DNA from: an uncultured Bdellovibrionales bacterium
GTDB lineage: Bacteria > Patescibacteriota > Minisyncoccia > Moranbacterales > UBA1568
DNA length: 42,766 bases
NCBI GenBank assembly: GCA_964530135.1
Contig: CAZGXN010000008.1
Span: 1 to 42,766, forward strand
Direction of reading: 5' to 3'
Part shown: piece after piece, positions 29,228-37,627 of the stretch
Layout of the letters: every line of letters starts with the position of its first letter
How positions within the stretch are numbered: the first letter of the stretch is position 1
Made by a program: the position numbers and the translations under genes
Notes under the pieces: model-generated
What the model saw: the letters and a program-made list of their open reading frames with translations, nothing else
Databases searched by the model: none
Told to the model about the DNA's origin: nothing

Positions 29228-30919
29228 TTACTTATCCATAGGGCTGGCTGTTGTGTTCGCTACCAGACGCGAATACTGTCTCTTTGCGACCGTTTCATTC
29301 TTTTCCGGATCGAAATACTCAATATCAAACATCGGACGACCCGTCTCAAAAGAAACCTGTATGTTCCGAGCGGCCACCGGTTCAGGCGGTGCGATGACTG
29401 TCCACCCAAAACGCTCTTTCATCGCCTGAGCGATCCCTCCATCCATACCCGTACCGCAGGAGATAAGGATGATACGGGCATCTTTTTCAAATATCTGTGC
29501 CGCGGCCCGTGTTATCCCATCGCCGGACAGATCCGCCATGTGTATTTGCTGATTCGGACTTCTCCCTTCACCAAAGAGAATGCTTGAGATTGTGCCATGA
29601 CCTCCGATAATACCAAAGTCAATTTTATTTCCGCCACTTCCAGATGCATACTGGCTATCGAGCCGCAACAGCGTTTTCCCGATGCCAATTTTCCCTTCAG
29701 CTTCAATGATCCGGAGCCGATAGCCATGCGCTGAGAGTTCATTTTGCATTTTTGCGATCTCTTGGGCATAGGCCATGAAAGCACCATTATGATCAGCATA
29801 GGGAAAAATCACCACACCATATGGATCCTGACTCTCTCGTTCCTGATACTGTTTTTTGAGCGTTTCTGTCGTATAACACCCAAAATGAGTAATACCAAAA
29901 TCCGCATGTAAGGCAGCCGGTGCCTCTGGAGCGACTTCCTTCAGAGCATAGAGAGCACGCATATTCGATTCATATGCATACTGATGACTCGGCCCATATC
30001 TTCTCTCCTCCGACTTTCGACTCGCGAGCCCCCACTCGCCGATCACTGTCTTTCCGTCCAAACCAGCAAGGTCGAGGGCATATATGGCCAAGAAATCTTT
30101 ATTTTCTTCAAGTGGCTTGCTCCGGAGAGCCAACCCTTGAGATAAAATCTTTTGATACAATGTGTTCCATTTCTGGTGTGCGGGCATGGCATCCCAGACA
30201 TTTTTCAGGGCACCGAAAACTTGTGGGAATCGTTTCGGGTCACTGGAACGCAAGAGCATATTCTGCCATGCCTTGGCGATATGCGTTTCTGGACTCTTAT
30301 CATCCCACTCATCAGAAAGGCGCTGCATGAGGAGCGGCAACTCACGCAGGAGGGTTTTTTCCGCGTACGCCCGATGATTTGGGACGGGTGAATCAAGCAT
30401 CTCGCTCAAAACCGAGAGTAGCATGTCTCGTTCACTACTTTTTTCATCGGCTAATTCAGCATCCACCGCTTCTCGAGCATCACTGAATGCATCAAAAATC
30501 GTTACCATGAGACTCTGATCTTTCGATATGTCCCGCTCGCTGTAGTGCTGTCCGGGGTACAGTTTTTTAAAGAGATCAATCGCGGTGTTCGCGGTGGAAA
30601 GCGCATAACTGCGAGTTTCGGGATAGGTCAAACCATTTCTGATAAGTTCTGGGTGGCGAATACTCTCAAGACGAAGCAGGCGGAGCGTTTCAGTCATCCC
30701 ATTCCCCCGATCACCCTCATTTTCACTTACACTATTCAACGATCTTTTTCCCTTGTGCCAGGCAAACAGGAGATTTTCATCCAGGAATTTCAGCTTTGTG
30801 GTCAGTGCTTGCCGTGCTTCAATCGAAAGCGCAGGATCGAGCAGCACCTCCTGTGTCCTGTGGAGATCAGGCGATTGGTTTGGCAATGGTCCGACCGATG
30901 ATTCAAATTTCTCTGGCAT
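29228..30919 (-). CDS. Hypothetical protein with a C-terminal putative clan CD (caspase-fold) cysteine peptidase domain
   Basis: 563 aa; helical N-terminal region; hydrophobic strands ending in IIGGHGT and IILISCGTG, resembling a His-Gly / Cys dyad. Confidence 0.6.
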   Translation of the reverse strand: MPEKFESSVGPLPNQSPDLHRTQEVLLDPALSIEARQALTTKLKFLDENLLFAWHKGKRSLNSVSENEGDRGNGMTETLRLLRLESIRHPELIRNGLTYPETRSYALSTANTAIDLFKKLYPGQHYSERDISKDQSLMVTIFDAFSDAREAVDAELADEKSSERDMLLSVLSEMLDSPVPNHRAYAEKTLLRELPLLMQRLSDEWDDKSPETHIAKAWQNMLLRSSDPKRFPQVFGALKNVWDAMPAHQKWNTLYQKILSQGLALRSKPLEENKDFLAIYALDLAGLDGKTVIGEWGLASRKSEERRYGPSHQYAYESNMRALYALKEVAPEAPAALHADFGITHFGCYTTETLKKQYQERESQDPYGVVIFPYADHNGAFMAYAQEIAKMQNELSAHGYRLRIIEAEGKIGIGKTLLRLDSQYASGSGGNKIDFGIIGGHGTISSILFGEGRSPNQQIHMADLSGDGITRAAAQIFEKDARIILISCGTGMDGGIAQAMKERFGWTVIAPPEPVAARNIQVSFETGRPMFDIEYFDPEKNETVAKRQYSRLVANTTASPMDK

Positions 30920-30976
30920 GCCTCTATTCTACAACAGATCGAGAAAGTTCCTGCCAGTTTTCAATACTCGTTTCCA

Positions 30977-33955
30977 TCAATTTCTTTTCAGTGAAAAAGT
31001 AAATGAGCCGCCTTCGATATCGACCGTTTCCGAATATTCGGTATCGGTGAGTGCGCCTGGTTCAACCACTGTCGCGAGCACTTCGTTGGCGATGAGATTC
31101 TTCAGTTCTGTGTTCGCGAAAACCGCGTCCTTGCCGATAGAGCCGAGACTAATGCGATCCTCCACATTGAACCCGGCCTTCTTGCGGCCTTCTTGGATTG
31201 CACGAATGATTTCCCGCGCCTCCCCTTCGAGTTTCAGTTCGGGAGTGATTTCCCAATCAAAATCAACTTCTTCGCTATTACTTAACCCCACTTCCTTCAC
31301 ATTAAGCTCCTCATAAATAATCCAGCTCCATTCTGTTTTATTTATAGCCTCGTCAAAAAGACTGACATATTTTTGTGATAACAGAAGTTTTCTCAATGGT
31401 TGCCTCACTTTAACTCCTTTTTCAGCTCGCTTCTGGAGGCCGATTGTCACAACTTCACGAAGAAGTCTCATATTCTCCATTAACTTCTCATCAACAAACG
31501 ATTTATCCGCTACCGGGTAGTCAGCGAGATGGACGGATTCCTCACCCGTCAGATTGCGATAGATTGCCTCGGCGAGGAACGGCGTGAACGGCGCCATGAG
31601 TTTCGCGAGCGTGACGAGGACGGTGTAGAGCGTCTGATACGCCTGTTCCTTGTCGCTGTCGTCTTCACTCTTCCAGAAACGCTTCCGGCTGCGGCGGATG
31701 TACCAGTTGGAGAGGTTGTCGATGAAACTTTCGATTCGCTGGGTTGCAGAATAGACGTCGTATCTTTCCAACAAGGTATCAACTTCTCGTATCAGGACTT
31801 GCATTTCAGAAAGAATCCATTGATCGAGCAGATTGTTTGATGTTTGACACTTGGTGTTTGATGTTTGATTCGGCTCCCACCCATCGATCGACGCGTAGGT
31901 CGTGAAGAATGAATACGAATTCCAGAGCATACGGAATACACGGTTCTGTACATCGCGCATTCCCTTCAGATCGAATCGTTTCGGCAGCCCCGGCTGATTG
32001 ATGGCAAAGAAGAACCAGCGTAATTGATCCGCTCCGAACTGATCGAACATCTCGAACGGATCGATCACATTGCCTTTGGATTTGGACATCTTTTTCCCTT
32101 CACCATCGAGGACATGTCCGAGACAGATGACGTTCTTGAAGGCATTGCCCACCGGAACTTTCCCGGCCTGATTGAGCAGAGTTGCGATCGCGTGAAGCGT
32201 GTAGAACCAACCCCGCGTCTGATCAACGGCTTCGCAGATATAGTCCGCCGGAAAGTATTTCCCCGATTCGATATTCCGCTTGTCATCTTCGGTGACTGCA
32301 TTCGGATAATTGAACTGCGCCAAAGGCATCGCACCGGAATCGAACCAGACATCCATCACCTCGGGCGTTCGCCTCATGGTTCCACCGCACGCGCACGCAA
32401 AAGTCACATCATCGATGTAGGGCTTGTGCAAATCTTTCAGTCCTCCCAATTCATTGGCGGAGGAAAGAATTTTCCGGGCATCACATTGCTCACATTCCCA
32501 GATAGGGAGTGGCGTCCCCCAATACCGTTCGCGAGAAATCGCCCAGTCCTTCACACCGGAGAGCCACTCGCCGAAACGTCCTTCCTTGATATGTTCCGGT
32601 ATCCAGGAAACGTTTTTGTTATTCGCGACAAGAGCGTCCGAAAGCTCGCTCATCCGGATGAACCATGATGGCTTGGCAAAATAGATGAGTGGAGTATCAC
32701 AACGCCAACAGAACGGGTACTCATGCTCGTACTTCTCTTTTGAAAACAGGTGCCCAGCATGCGCGAGATGTTTGATCACCTCAACATCGGTCGCTTGCGG
32801 ATCTTCTTTTGGTTTGGCGAGTAAGGAGGCAAAGTCCGTCACCGCTTCATCAAATGTTCCATCCGGCTTCACGTGATGTACAATCGGAAGTTTTTCGGTC
32901 CGTGCCAACTCCATGTCGTCTTCTCCGAAAGCCGGTGCCTCGTGTGCGATGCCAGTGCCCACATCAGTCGTAACGAAATCCGCATGATAGATCTTCCATC
33001 CGTTCTCGCGATGCTTCAGCGACTCATCCTTGGCGTAGTAATCAAACAGCGGTTTGTAGGATTTTCCAACAAGCTCAGAACCATCAACCTTTCCAATTTG
33101 TTTGAATTCTTTTCCAGCAAAAACTTTCTGAATAAGATTATAAGCCACGATGTATAATGTTCCCTCGCTTTCAATCTTTGTATAAGCAATATTTTTATTC
33201 ACTGCCAAGGCCACATTGCCCGGCAATGTCCACGGTGTCGTGGTCCACGCGAGAACGAATGTCCCTGGTTCATCAACGAGCTCGAACTTCACTGTCACGG
33301 AGAGATCCTTGACTACCTTGTATCCCTGCGCCACCTCATGCGATGAGAGCGCGGTCCCACAGCGGTAGCAGTATGGCACGACTTTGTGTCCTTTATAGAC
33401 AAATGATTCTCCCGCCTCATTTTTCAGCTCAGCGATTTTTGCCAGCTGCCACCAGACTGACTCAATGTATTCATTCTCGTACGTTACGTATGGATGCTCC
33501 ATATCCACCCAGTACCCCATCCGAGTCGTCATCCTTTCCCAGAGATCGCGATATTCCCAGACCGATGCCTTGCACTGCCGATTGAACTCGATCACGCTCG
33601 CACGAGCGTCGCCCGACACTATGTTCTCGATATCCTGCTTGCTCCTGAGCCCCAGTGCCTTTTCAACTTGAAGCTCAACCGGGAGTCCATGGGTATCCCA
33701 GCCAGCTTTCCGCGCCACTCGATAGCCCTTCATCGTTTTGTAACGCGGGATGATGTCTTTGAAGGATCTAGCCAAAACGTGATGCAGCCCCGGTTTGCCA
33801 TTGGCGGTCGGCGGCCCCTCATAAAAGATGAATGACTTATCTTCGGGATTCTTCTTCACCGACTTTTCGAAAATCCCGTTCTCATTCCAGAACTTCAGTA
33901 TCTCCTCTTCGAGTTTCGGAAAATTCACTTTGGCGTCAACTTTTTTGAATGGCAT
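30977..33955 (-). CDS. ileS: Isoleucine--tRNA ligase, type 2
   Basis: YEGPPTANGKPGLHH, GWDTHGLPVE, WTTTPWTLPGN, GTGIAHEAPAFGEDD, CWRC, WAISRERYWGTPLP, EAVDQTRGWFY, KMSKSKGN; type-2 C-terminus (KVRQPL...EGEAREIIRAIQEGRKKAGF). Confidence 0.98.
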   Translation of the reverse strand: MPFKKVDAKVNFPKLEEEILKFWNENGIFEKSVKKNPEDKSFIFYEGPPTANGKPGLHHVLARSFKDIIPRYKTMKGYRVARKAGWDTHGLPVELQVEKALGLRSKQDIENIVSGDARASVIEFNRQCKASVWEYRDLWERMTTRMGYWVDMEHPYVTYENEYIESVWWQLAKIAELKNEAGESFVYKGHKVVPYCYRCGTALSSHEVAQGYKVVKDLSVTVKFELVDEPGTFVLAWTTTPWTLPGNVALAVNKNIAYTKIESEGTLYIVAYNLIQKVFAGKEFKQIGKVDGSELVGKSYKPLFDYYAKDESLKHRENGWKIYHADFVTTDVGTGIAHEAPAFGEDDMELARTEKLPIVHHVKPDGTFDEAVTDFASLLAKPKEDPQATDVEVIKHLAHAGHLFSKEKYEHEYPFCWRCDTPLIYFAKPSWFIRMSELSDALVANNKNVSWIPEHIKEGRFGEWLSGVKDWAISRERYWGTPLPIWECEQCDARKILSSANELGGLKDLHKPYIDDVTFACACGGTMRRTPEVMDVWFDSGAMPLAQFNYPNAVTEDDKRNIESGKYFPADYICEAVDQTRGWFYTLHAIATLLNQAGKVPVGNAFKNVICLGHVLDGEGKKMSKSKGNVIDPFEMFDQFGADQLRWFFFAINQPGLPKRFDLKGMRDVQNRVFRMLWNSYSFFTTYASIDGWEPNQTSNTKCQTSNNLLDQWILSEMQVLIREVDTLLERYDVYSATQRIESFIDNLSNWYIRRSRKRFWKSEDDSDKEQAYQTLYTVLVTLAKLMAPFTPFLAEAIYRNLTGEESVHLADYPVADKSFVDEKLMENMRLLREVVTIGLQKRAEKGVKVRQPLRKLLLSQKYVSLFDEAINKTEWSWIIYEELNVKEVGLSNSEEVDFDWEITPELKLEGEAREIIRAIQEGRKKAGFNVEDRISLGSIGKDAVFANTELKNLIANEVLATVVEPGALTDTEYSETVDIEGGSFTFSLKRN
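31834..31868 (-). repeat. 7-mer tandem repeat (5 units) translated in frame in ileS
   Basis: Coding strand TCAAACA TCAAACA CCAAGTG TCAAACA TCAAACA, encoding QTSNTKCQTSN. Confidence 0.85.
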
Positions 33956-33962
33956 ATAGGTT

Positions 33963-34200
33963 TAGAGAAAAAAGAAAATCCTTAACACGCTTTGTGCTAA
34001 GGACGATTCAGAAATCGTGGTACCACCTCGCTTCGTTCACTCCTCAGTGAACCTTCATTATGGGACTAACGGGCCCCGCCCACGACGCTTCGCGTGAGCG
34101 ATGCGGGCAGGCGACCGTTGGGTTCTACACACCGTTCCGAAGCCTCTCGGCGCAGGACGGTTTCTTCCCATGGCTCCAGGATGATAGTCCCTTCAATGCC
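33963..34200 (-). ncRNA. T-box riboswitch (Ile, AUC specifier) in the ileS leader; ultrashort Stem I plus transcriptional terminator
   Basis: Stem I GGCAUUGAAGGGACU-AUC-AUCCUGGAGCC; Stem II UGGG-AAGAA...GUAGAA-CCCA; F-box CCGUUA; Stem III GUUCACU/AGUGAAC; T-box GAGG-UGGUACC-ACGAUU/AAUCGU-CCUU; terminator UCCUUAGCAC/GUGUUAAGGA followed by a U-tract. Confidence 0.93.
34074..34112 (-). repeat. GC-rich palindromic element inserted in T-box Stem IIA/B
   Basis: GCCTGCCCGC-ATCGCTCACGCGAAGCGTC-GTGGGCGGGG; arms resemble 40349-40387. Confidence 0.55.
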
Positions 34201-34216
34201 AATCGATTGTGGCCCC

Positions 34217-34245
34217 AGACTATCACGAAAAAGTGGCCAGAGCAA
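34217..34245 (-). promoter_or_regulatory. Promoter of the T-box-ileS transcript
   Basis: TTGCTC-17 nt-TAGTCT with an extended -10 TG, just upstream of Stem I. Confidence 0.65.
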
Positions 34246-34253
34246 CTATCCGG

Positions 34254-34937
34254 CTAGAGCTCATCGGCGCGATGAGCCGACATATTGCGATGGATGATCT
34301 CGTCGTTTTTGATTGAGACAAAGAGTTCGTACTCGCTCTTCACATGACGGCCATAAAAATCGAGGAAGTCGATGAGGACCGGCTTCGTCTTGAGCTCCTC
34401 AGCATGCTTCTCGACAAAAATAGAATACTGCGAGAACGCGTGGTCCTCGAAAAGATAGTTCAACTGGAGTGAGCTTTTGGGGCTGAAGAGGTAGAGAATA
34501 AATGACGCGGCCGCATAACCAAATGAAAAGAAGAGCGGAATGAGCGTGTGGCGAATAAAGCCGTCCTCGCCGTATTTCTTGGCCAACTGGGAGAGCACGA
34601 CGACATGCATCGTCTCATTGTCCTGGGACGCACGGCCGAAGCGCGATGTCTTGGATAGTTCGATCGCTTTTTTTTCGTTCGAATAAAACATCGTCAGAAG
34701 CATATAGCTCGCCACCTCCCACGACTGGTACGGGATGCGCGCGATCACCTCAACCGCTTTGAATTTTCCATAGGACGGATCATGGCCATAGACGAGATTG
34801 CCGCAGGTTACGAGAAGTGTCCCGAGAATCTTCGGGATAACGCCGACCCGATAGCCGTCGTATGACTTCTTGTATTCCTCGAGCTGACCGGTATCCAGAA
34901 GCGTTGCTAGGAGTGCTTCATGTTGGGCTTTGTCCAT
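34254..34937 (-). CDS. Alternative oxidase / PTOX-like diiron carboxylate membrane protein
   Basis: VEVIARIPY, DNETMH, FEDHAFSQY and KNDEIIH match PTOX motifs LETIARVPY, NEMHH, VESHAYETY and RDDEAEH; one hydrophobic stretch. Confidence 0.8.
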   Translation of the reverse strand: MDKAQHEALLATLLDTGQLEEYKKSYDGYRVGVIPKILGTLLVTCGNLVYGHDPSYGKFKAVEVIARIPYQSWEVASYMLLTMFYSNEKKAIELSKTSRFGRASQDNETMHVVVLSQLAKKYGEDGFIRHTLIPLFFSFGYAAASFILYLFSPKSSLQLNYLFEDHAFSQYSIFVEKHAEELKTKPVLIDFLDFYGRHVKSEYELFVSIKNDEIIHRNMSAHRADEL

Positions 34938-35164
34938 AAAAAAGATTTGGTAACCAGAAATTACATTCTCAGTCTATCATCCTCCGAGTCTTGTTTCGAA
35001 GCTCAAGGAATCTGCTCACTTAAAATTAAGTCCGTTTCAAAAAACCTTGTGGTCTGCGCACATCCCACTATCTTTCATTCTTTCCCGTTTCACACAGATG
35101 ATCTCACAGAGAAGTTTGATGACTGGTCATGCTCTCGCTGGAGAAGAGGGTTGCCGGCCATACC

Positions 35165-35779
35165 TTATCGGGAGGCAGCAGGGCTGAAAGAGTGCTGGCC
35201 ATCCCGCATGACAACGAGACAAGAGCCCTTCTCTGGAAACCAGTGGCCATCGCTCTGCTCGGCACCGATCGGTTCGCCGAGAAGTTCGGCATACATCTCT
35301 TGGAGTGTATCCGCATGAGAAACAACGACGATGTTCTTGCCGCTGAATGCCGCGGTCGTCGAGAGAAGAAAGGAACGCACCCGATCGCGAATATCCATAT
35401 AGCCCTCAACGCCATACTCCGGTGCACCAATAGCGCGAGTCCCATGTACACGCATAAATTCCAGAAAATCCTGGTACTTCGTTTCCTCAAAACTCCCAAA
35501 CGAAGCTTCACACAAACGAGTATCAATCGTTAGCGGGATATCCAACACTGTGCGGATGATCTCGGCGGTTTGTCTGGCCCGCAGTACTGGCGATGCGACA
35601 ATAAAATCCGGTGATTGTTGTTTCAAAAATGCTGCCGTCTCATGAACCGACTGTCTCCCCCGTTCGGTCAGCGCATACTCTCGCTGACTCCCCATCGAAC
35701 TGAGAACACCAAGTACATTATTCTCGGCTTCTCCATGCCGGACCAGGGTATATGTATTGCCAGTGTACTTATCCACCAT
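35165..35779 (-). CDS. Histidine phosphatase family protein
   Basis: LVRHGEAENN, ASPVLRARQTA, DTRLCEASFG, VVVSHAD; start placed at MVDKY (the ORF track starts at 35902). Confidence 0.9.
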   Translation of the reverse strand: MVDKYTGNTYTLVRHGEAENNVLGVLSSMGSQREYALTERGRQSVHETAAFLKQQSPDFIVASPVLRARQTAEIIRTVLDIPLTIDTRLCEASFGSFEETKYQDFLEFMRVHGTRAIGAPEYGVEGYMDIRDRVRSFLLSTTAAFSGKNIVVVSHADTLQEMYAELLGEPIGAEQSDGHWFPEKGSCLVVMRDGQHSFSPAASR

Positions 35780-35915
35780 AAACCGCATCGATAGCAACGG
35801 CAGCGCGGTAGATATCCGAACCGAGCGCCAAGACAAAAGCCCCCACGACAATGACATACAGATGGGCAGCAAATATCCAGGCGCGAGTGTCTTCACGGAC
35901 AACTTTTTTTGACAT
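35769..35915 (-). CDS. Small single-TM protein (48 aa), unannotated
   Basis: MSKKVVREDTRAWIFAAHLYVIVVGAFVLALGSDIYRAAVAIDAVYGG; starts 10 nt after the argS stop; its stop overlaps the phosphatase start. Confidence 0.65.
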   Translation of the reverse strand: MSKKVVREDTRAWIFAAHLYVIVVGAFVLALGSDIYRAAVAIDAVYGG

Positions 35916-35925
35916 AGTATTTGTT

Positions 35926-37515
35926 TTACATCTTCTCTGGTGCACTGATACCCATGAGACGGAGGGTTTCTGCGAGCACGATTTTTGTCGCCCTGATGAG
36001 TGCTAACCGCGCACCAGACAGCTCCAAATTCGCTCCATCAATCACTCTGCAGTCAGCATAAAACGAATGGAATCGGTCGGCGAGTCGCATAGCATACTGC
36101 GGCAATTGGTGTACAGTTTTCTCGGCTGCCATGCGCTCCACGAGTTCCGGAAACGCCATCAGATCCCGGATAAGGAGGCGTTCTTTCGGATGAACGAGTA
36201 ACGCGAGGTGCTCGGCAGAGAGCGTCAGATTCGCTTCGGCCGCTTTGCGCTCGATACTCGAGAGCCGCGCATACGCGTACTGCACATAGTAGACCGGGTT
36301 TTTCTCCGAACGCTCTTCGGCCAAGCCCAGATCAAAATTCATGTGCGTATCGGGGCTATACATGAGGAAAAAAAAGCGCGCGACATCATGACCGACTTTC
36401 TCGATGAGTTCGTCGATCGCGACTACATTCCCCGCTCGCTTCGACATCCGGACTTCTTGTCCGTCTTTCACCAACTTCACAAGCTGAACAATGGAGAAAT
36501 GAATCTCGCCGGCAAATCCGAGCATCTCAGCGACTGCTTTGAAGCGATTGATATAGCCATGATGATCCGCACCCCAGGTCTCGATGAGGATTGTAAATCC
36601 CCGCTCCATCTTGCTCAGGATATATCCGGCATCCGAAGCAAAGTAGGTTTTCGATCCATCGCTCTTCACGAGCACGCGGTCCTTGTCATCACCAAATTCG
36701 GTCGTCTTGAGCCAGAGTGCTCCTTCTGATTCAAAAGTTAATTTCTTTTCTTTCAAAATTCCAAGTGCTTTGTCGACATAACCATCCTCGATGATTTTTT
36801 TCTCCGAAATCCAGACATCGAAATGGACGCGCATCGTGTCCTGCACGATCGGCTTAATCATCTCCTCGAGGACGATCGTCGCTCCCTTTTCTCCAGCTAT
36901 ACGAACATCCGTCTCACCTTTCAAGCGTTCATGGAGCGCGTCAATATATTCACCGCCATAAACAGCCTCGCTATCTTTCAAGATACTGTGTCCGAGCTTC
37001 ATCACTTGCTCGCCGGCATCATTCACATAGTACTCGTTCGTCACATCATATCCCGCTTTCTTCATGACGCAAGCGAGGCTGTCCGCACAGAAGCCGCCCC
37101 GCCCATTGCCGAGGTGCAATGGTCCCGTCGGATTGGCCGAGATGAATTCATTGTTCACTCGCTCCCCATCGCCCTGCATCGAGTTTCCATAGCGACTGCC
37201 TGCTTTCAAAATATGCGTAAGCGTTTCCACAAAAGCGATATCAGACAAGTAGAAATTGATATGCCCCGGTCCGGCAATCTCGGTCCGGGAAATTTCCGGT
37301 ACAGCGAATTCCTTCACGATGAGTTCCGCCACCGCACGCGGATTCATACCGGCTGGTTTCGCAGCTATGAGGGCGATATTCGTTGTGTAATCGCCGAAGC
37401 TTTCCTCCGTTGGCCGCGCTACTTGAATAGTGGGTATTTCGAAATGCGACAACGCTCCGCTCTCCATAAGGCGAATAATGGTACTTTTCAGTGCAAGGGA
37501 AATTTTCTCTTTCAT
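35926..37515 (-). CDS. argS: Arginine--tRNA ligase
   Basis: FGDYTTN, AGPGHINF, EFISANPTGPLHLGNGR, EYYVNDAG, FGDDKDRVL, WGADHHGY, RMSKRAG, NPVYYVQYAYAR, APEKM. Confidence 0.98.
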   Translation of the reverse strand: MKEKISLALKSTIIRLMESGALSHFEIPTIQVARPTEESFGDYTTNIALIAAKPAGMNPRAVAELIVKEFAVPEISRTEIAGPGHINFYLSDIAFVETLTHILKAGSRYGNSMQGDGERVNNEFISANPTGPLHLGNGRGGFCADSLACVMKKAGYDVTNEYYVNDAGEQVMKLGHSILKDSEAVYGGEYIDALHERLKGETDVRIAGEKGATIVLEEMIKPIVQDTMRVHFDVWISEKKIIEDGYVDKALGILKEKKLTFESEGALWLKTTEFGDDKDRVLVKSDGSKTYFASDAGYILSKMERGFTILIETWGADHHGYINRFKAVAEMLGFAGEIHFSIVQLVKLVKDGQEVRMSKRAGNVVAIDELIEKVGHDVARFFFLMYSPDTHMNFDLGLAEERSEKNPVYYVQYAYARLSSIERKAAEANLTLSAEHLALLVHPKERLLIRDLMAFPELVERMAAEKTVHQLPQYAMRLADRFHSFYADCRVIDGANLELSGARLALIRATKIVLAETLRLMGISAPEKM

Positions 37516-37572
37516 ACTGTATAAACTAGCTTAAAAAAGCCAAAAAGTGAAGCTTGAATGAAAATTTCAAGT

Positions 37573-37607
37573 AAAAAGAAAACAGCGCTCCCTTGTAAAG
37601 GAAGCGC
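37573..37607 (-). terminator. Intrinsic terminator of the two-gene secreted cassette
   Basis: Minus strand GCGCTTCC-TTTACAA-GGGAGCGC followed by TGTTTTCTTTTT. Confidence 0.8.
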
Positions 37608-37627
37608 CGATAAGGACTCGGAACCGG

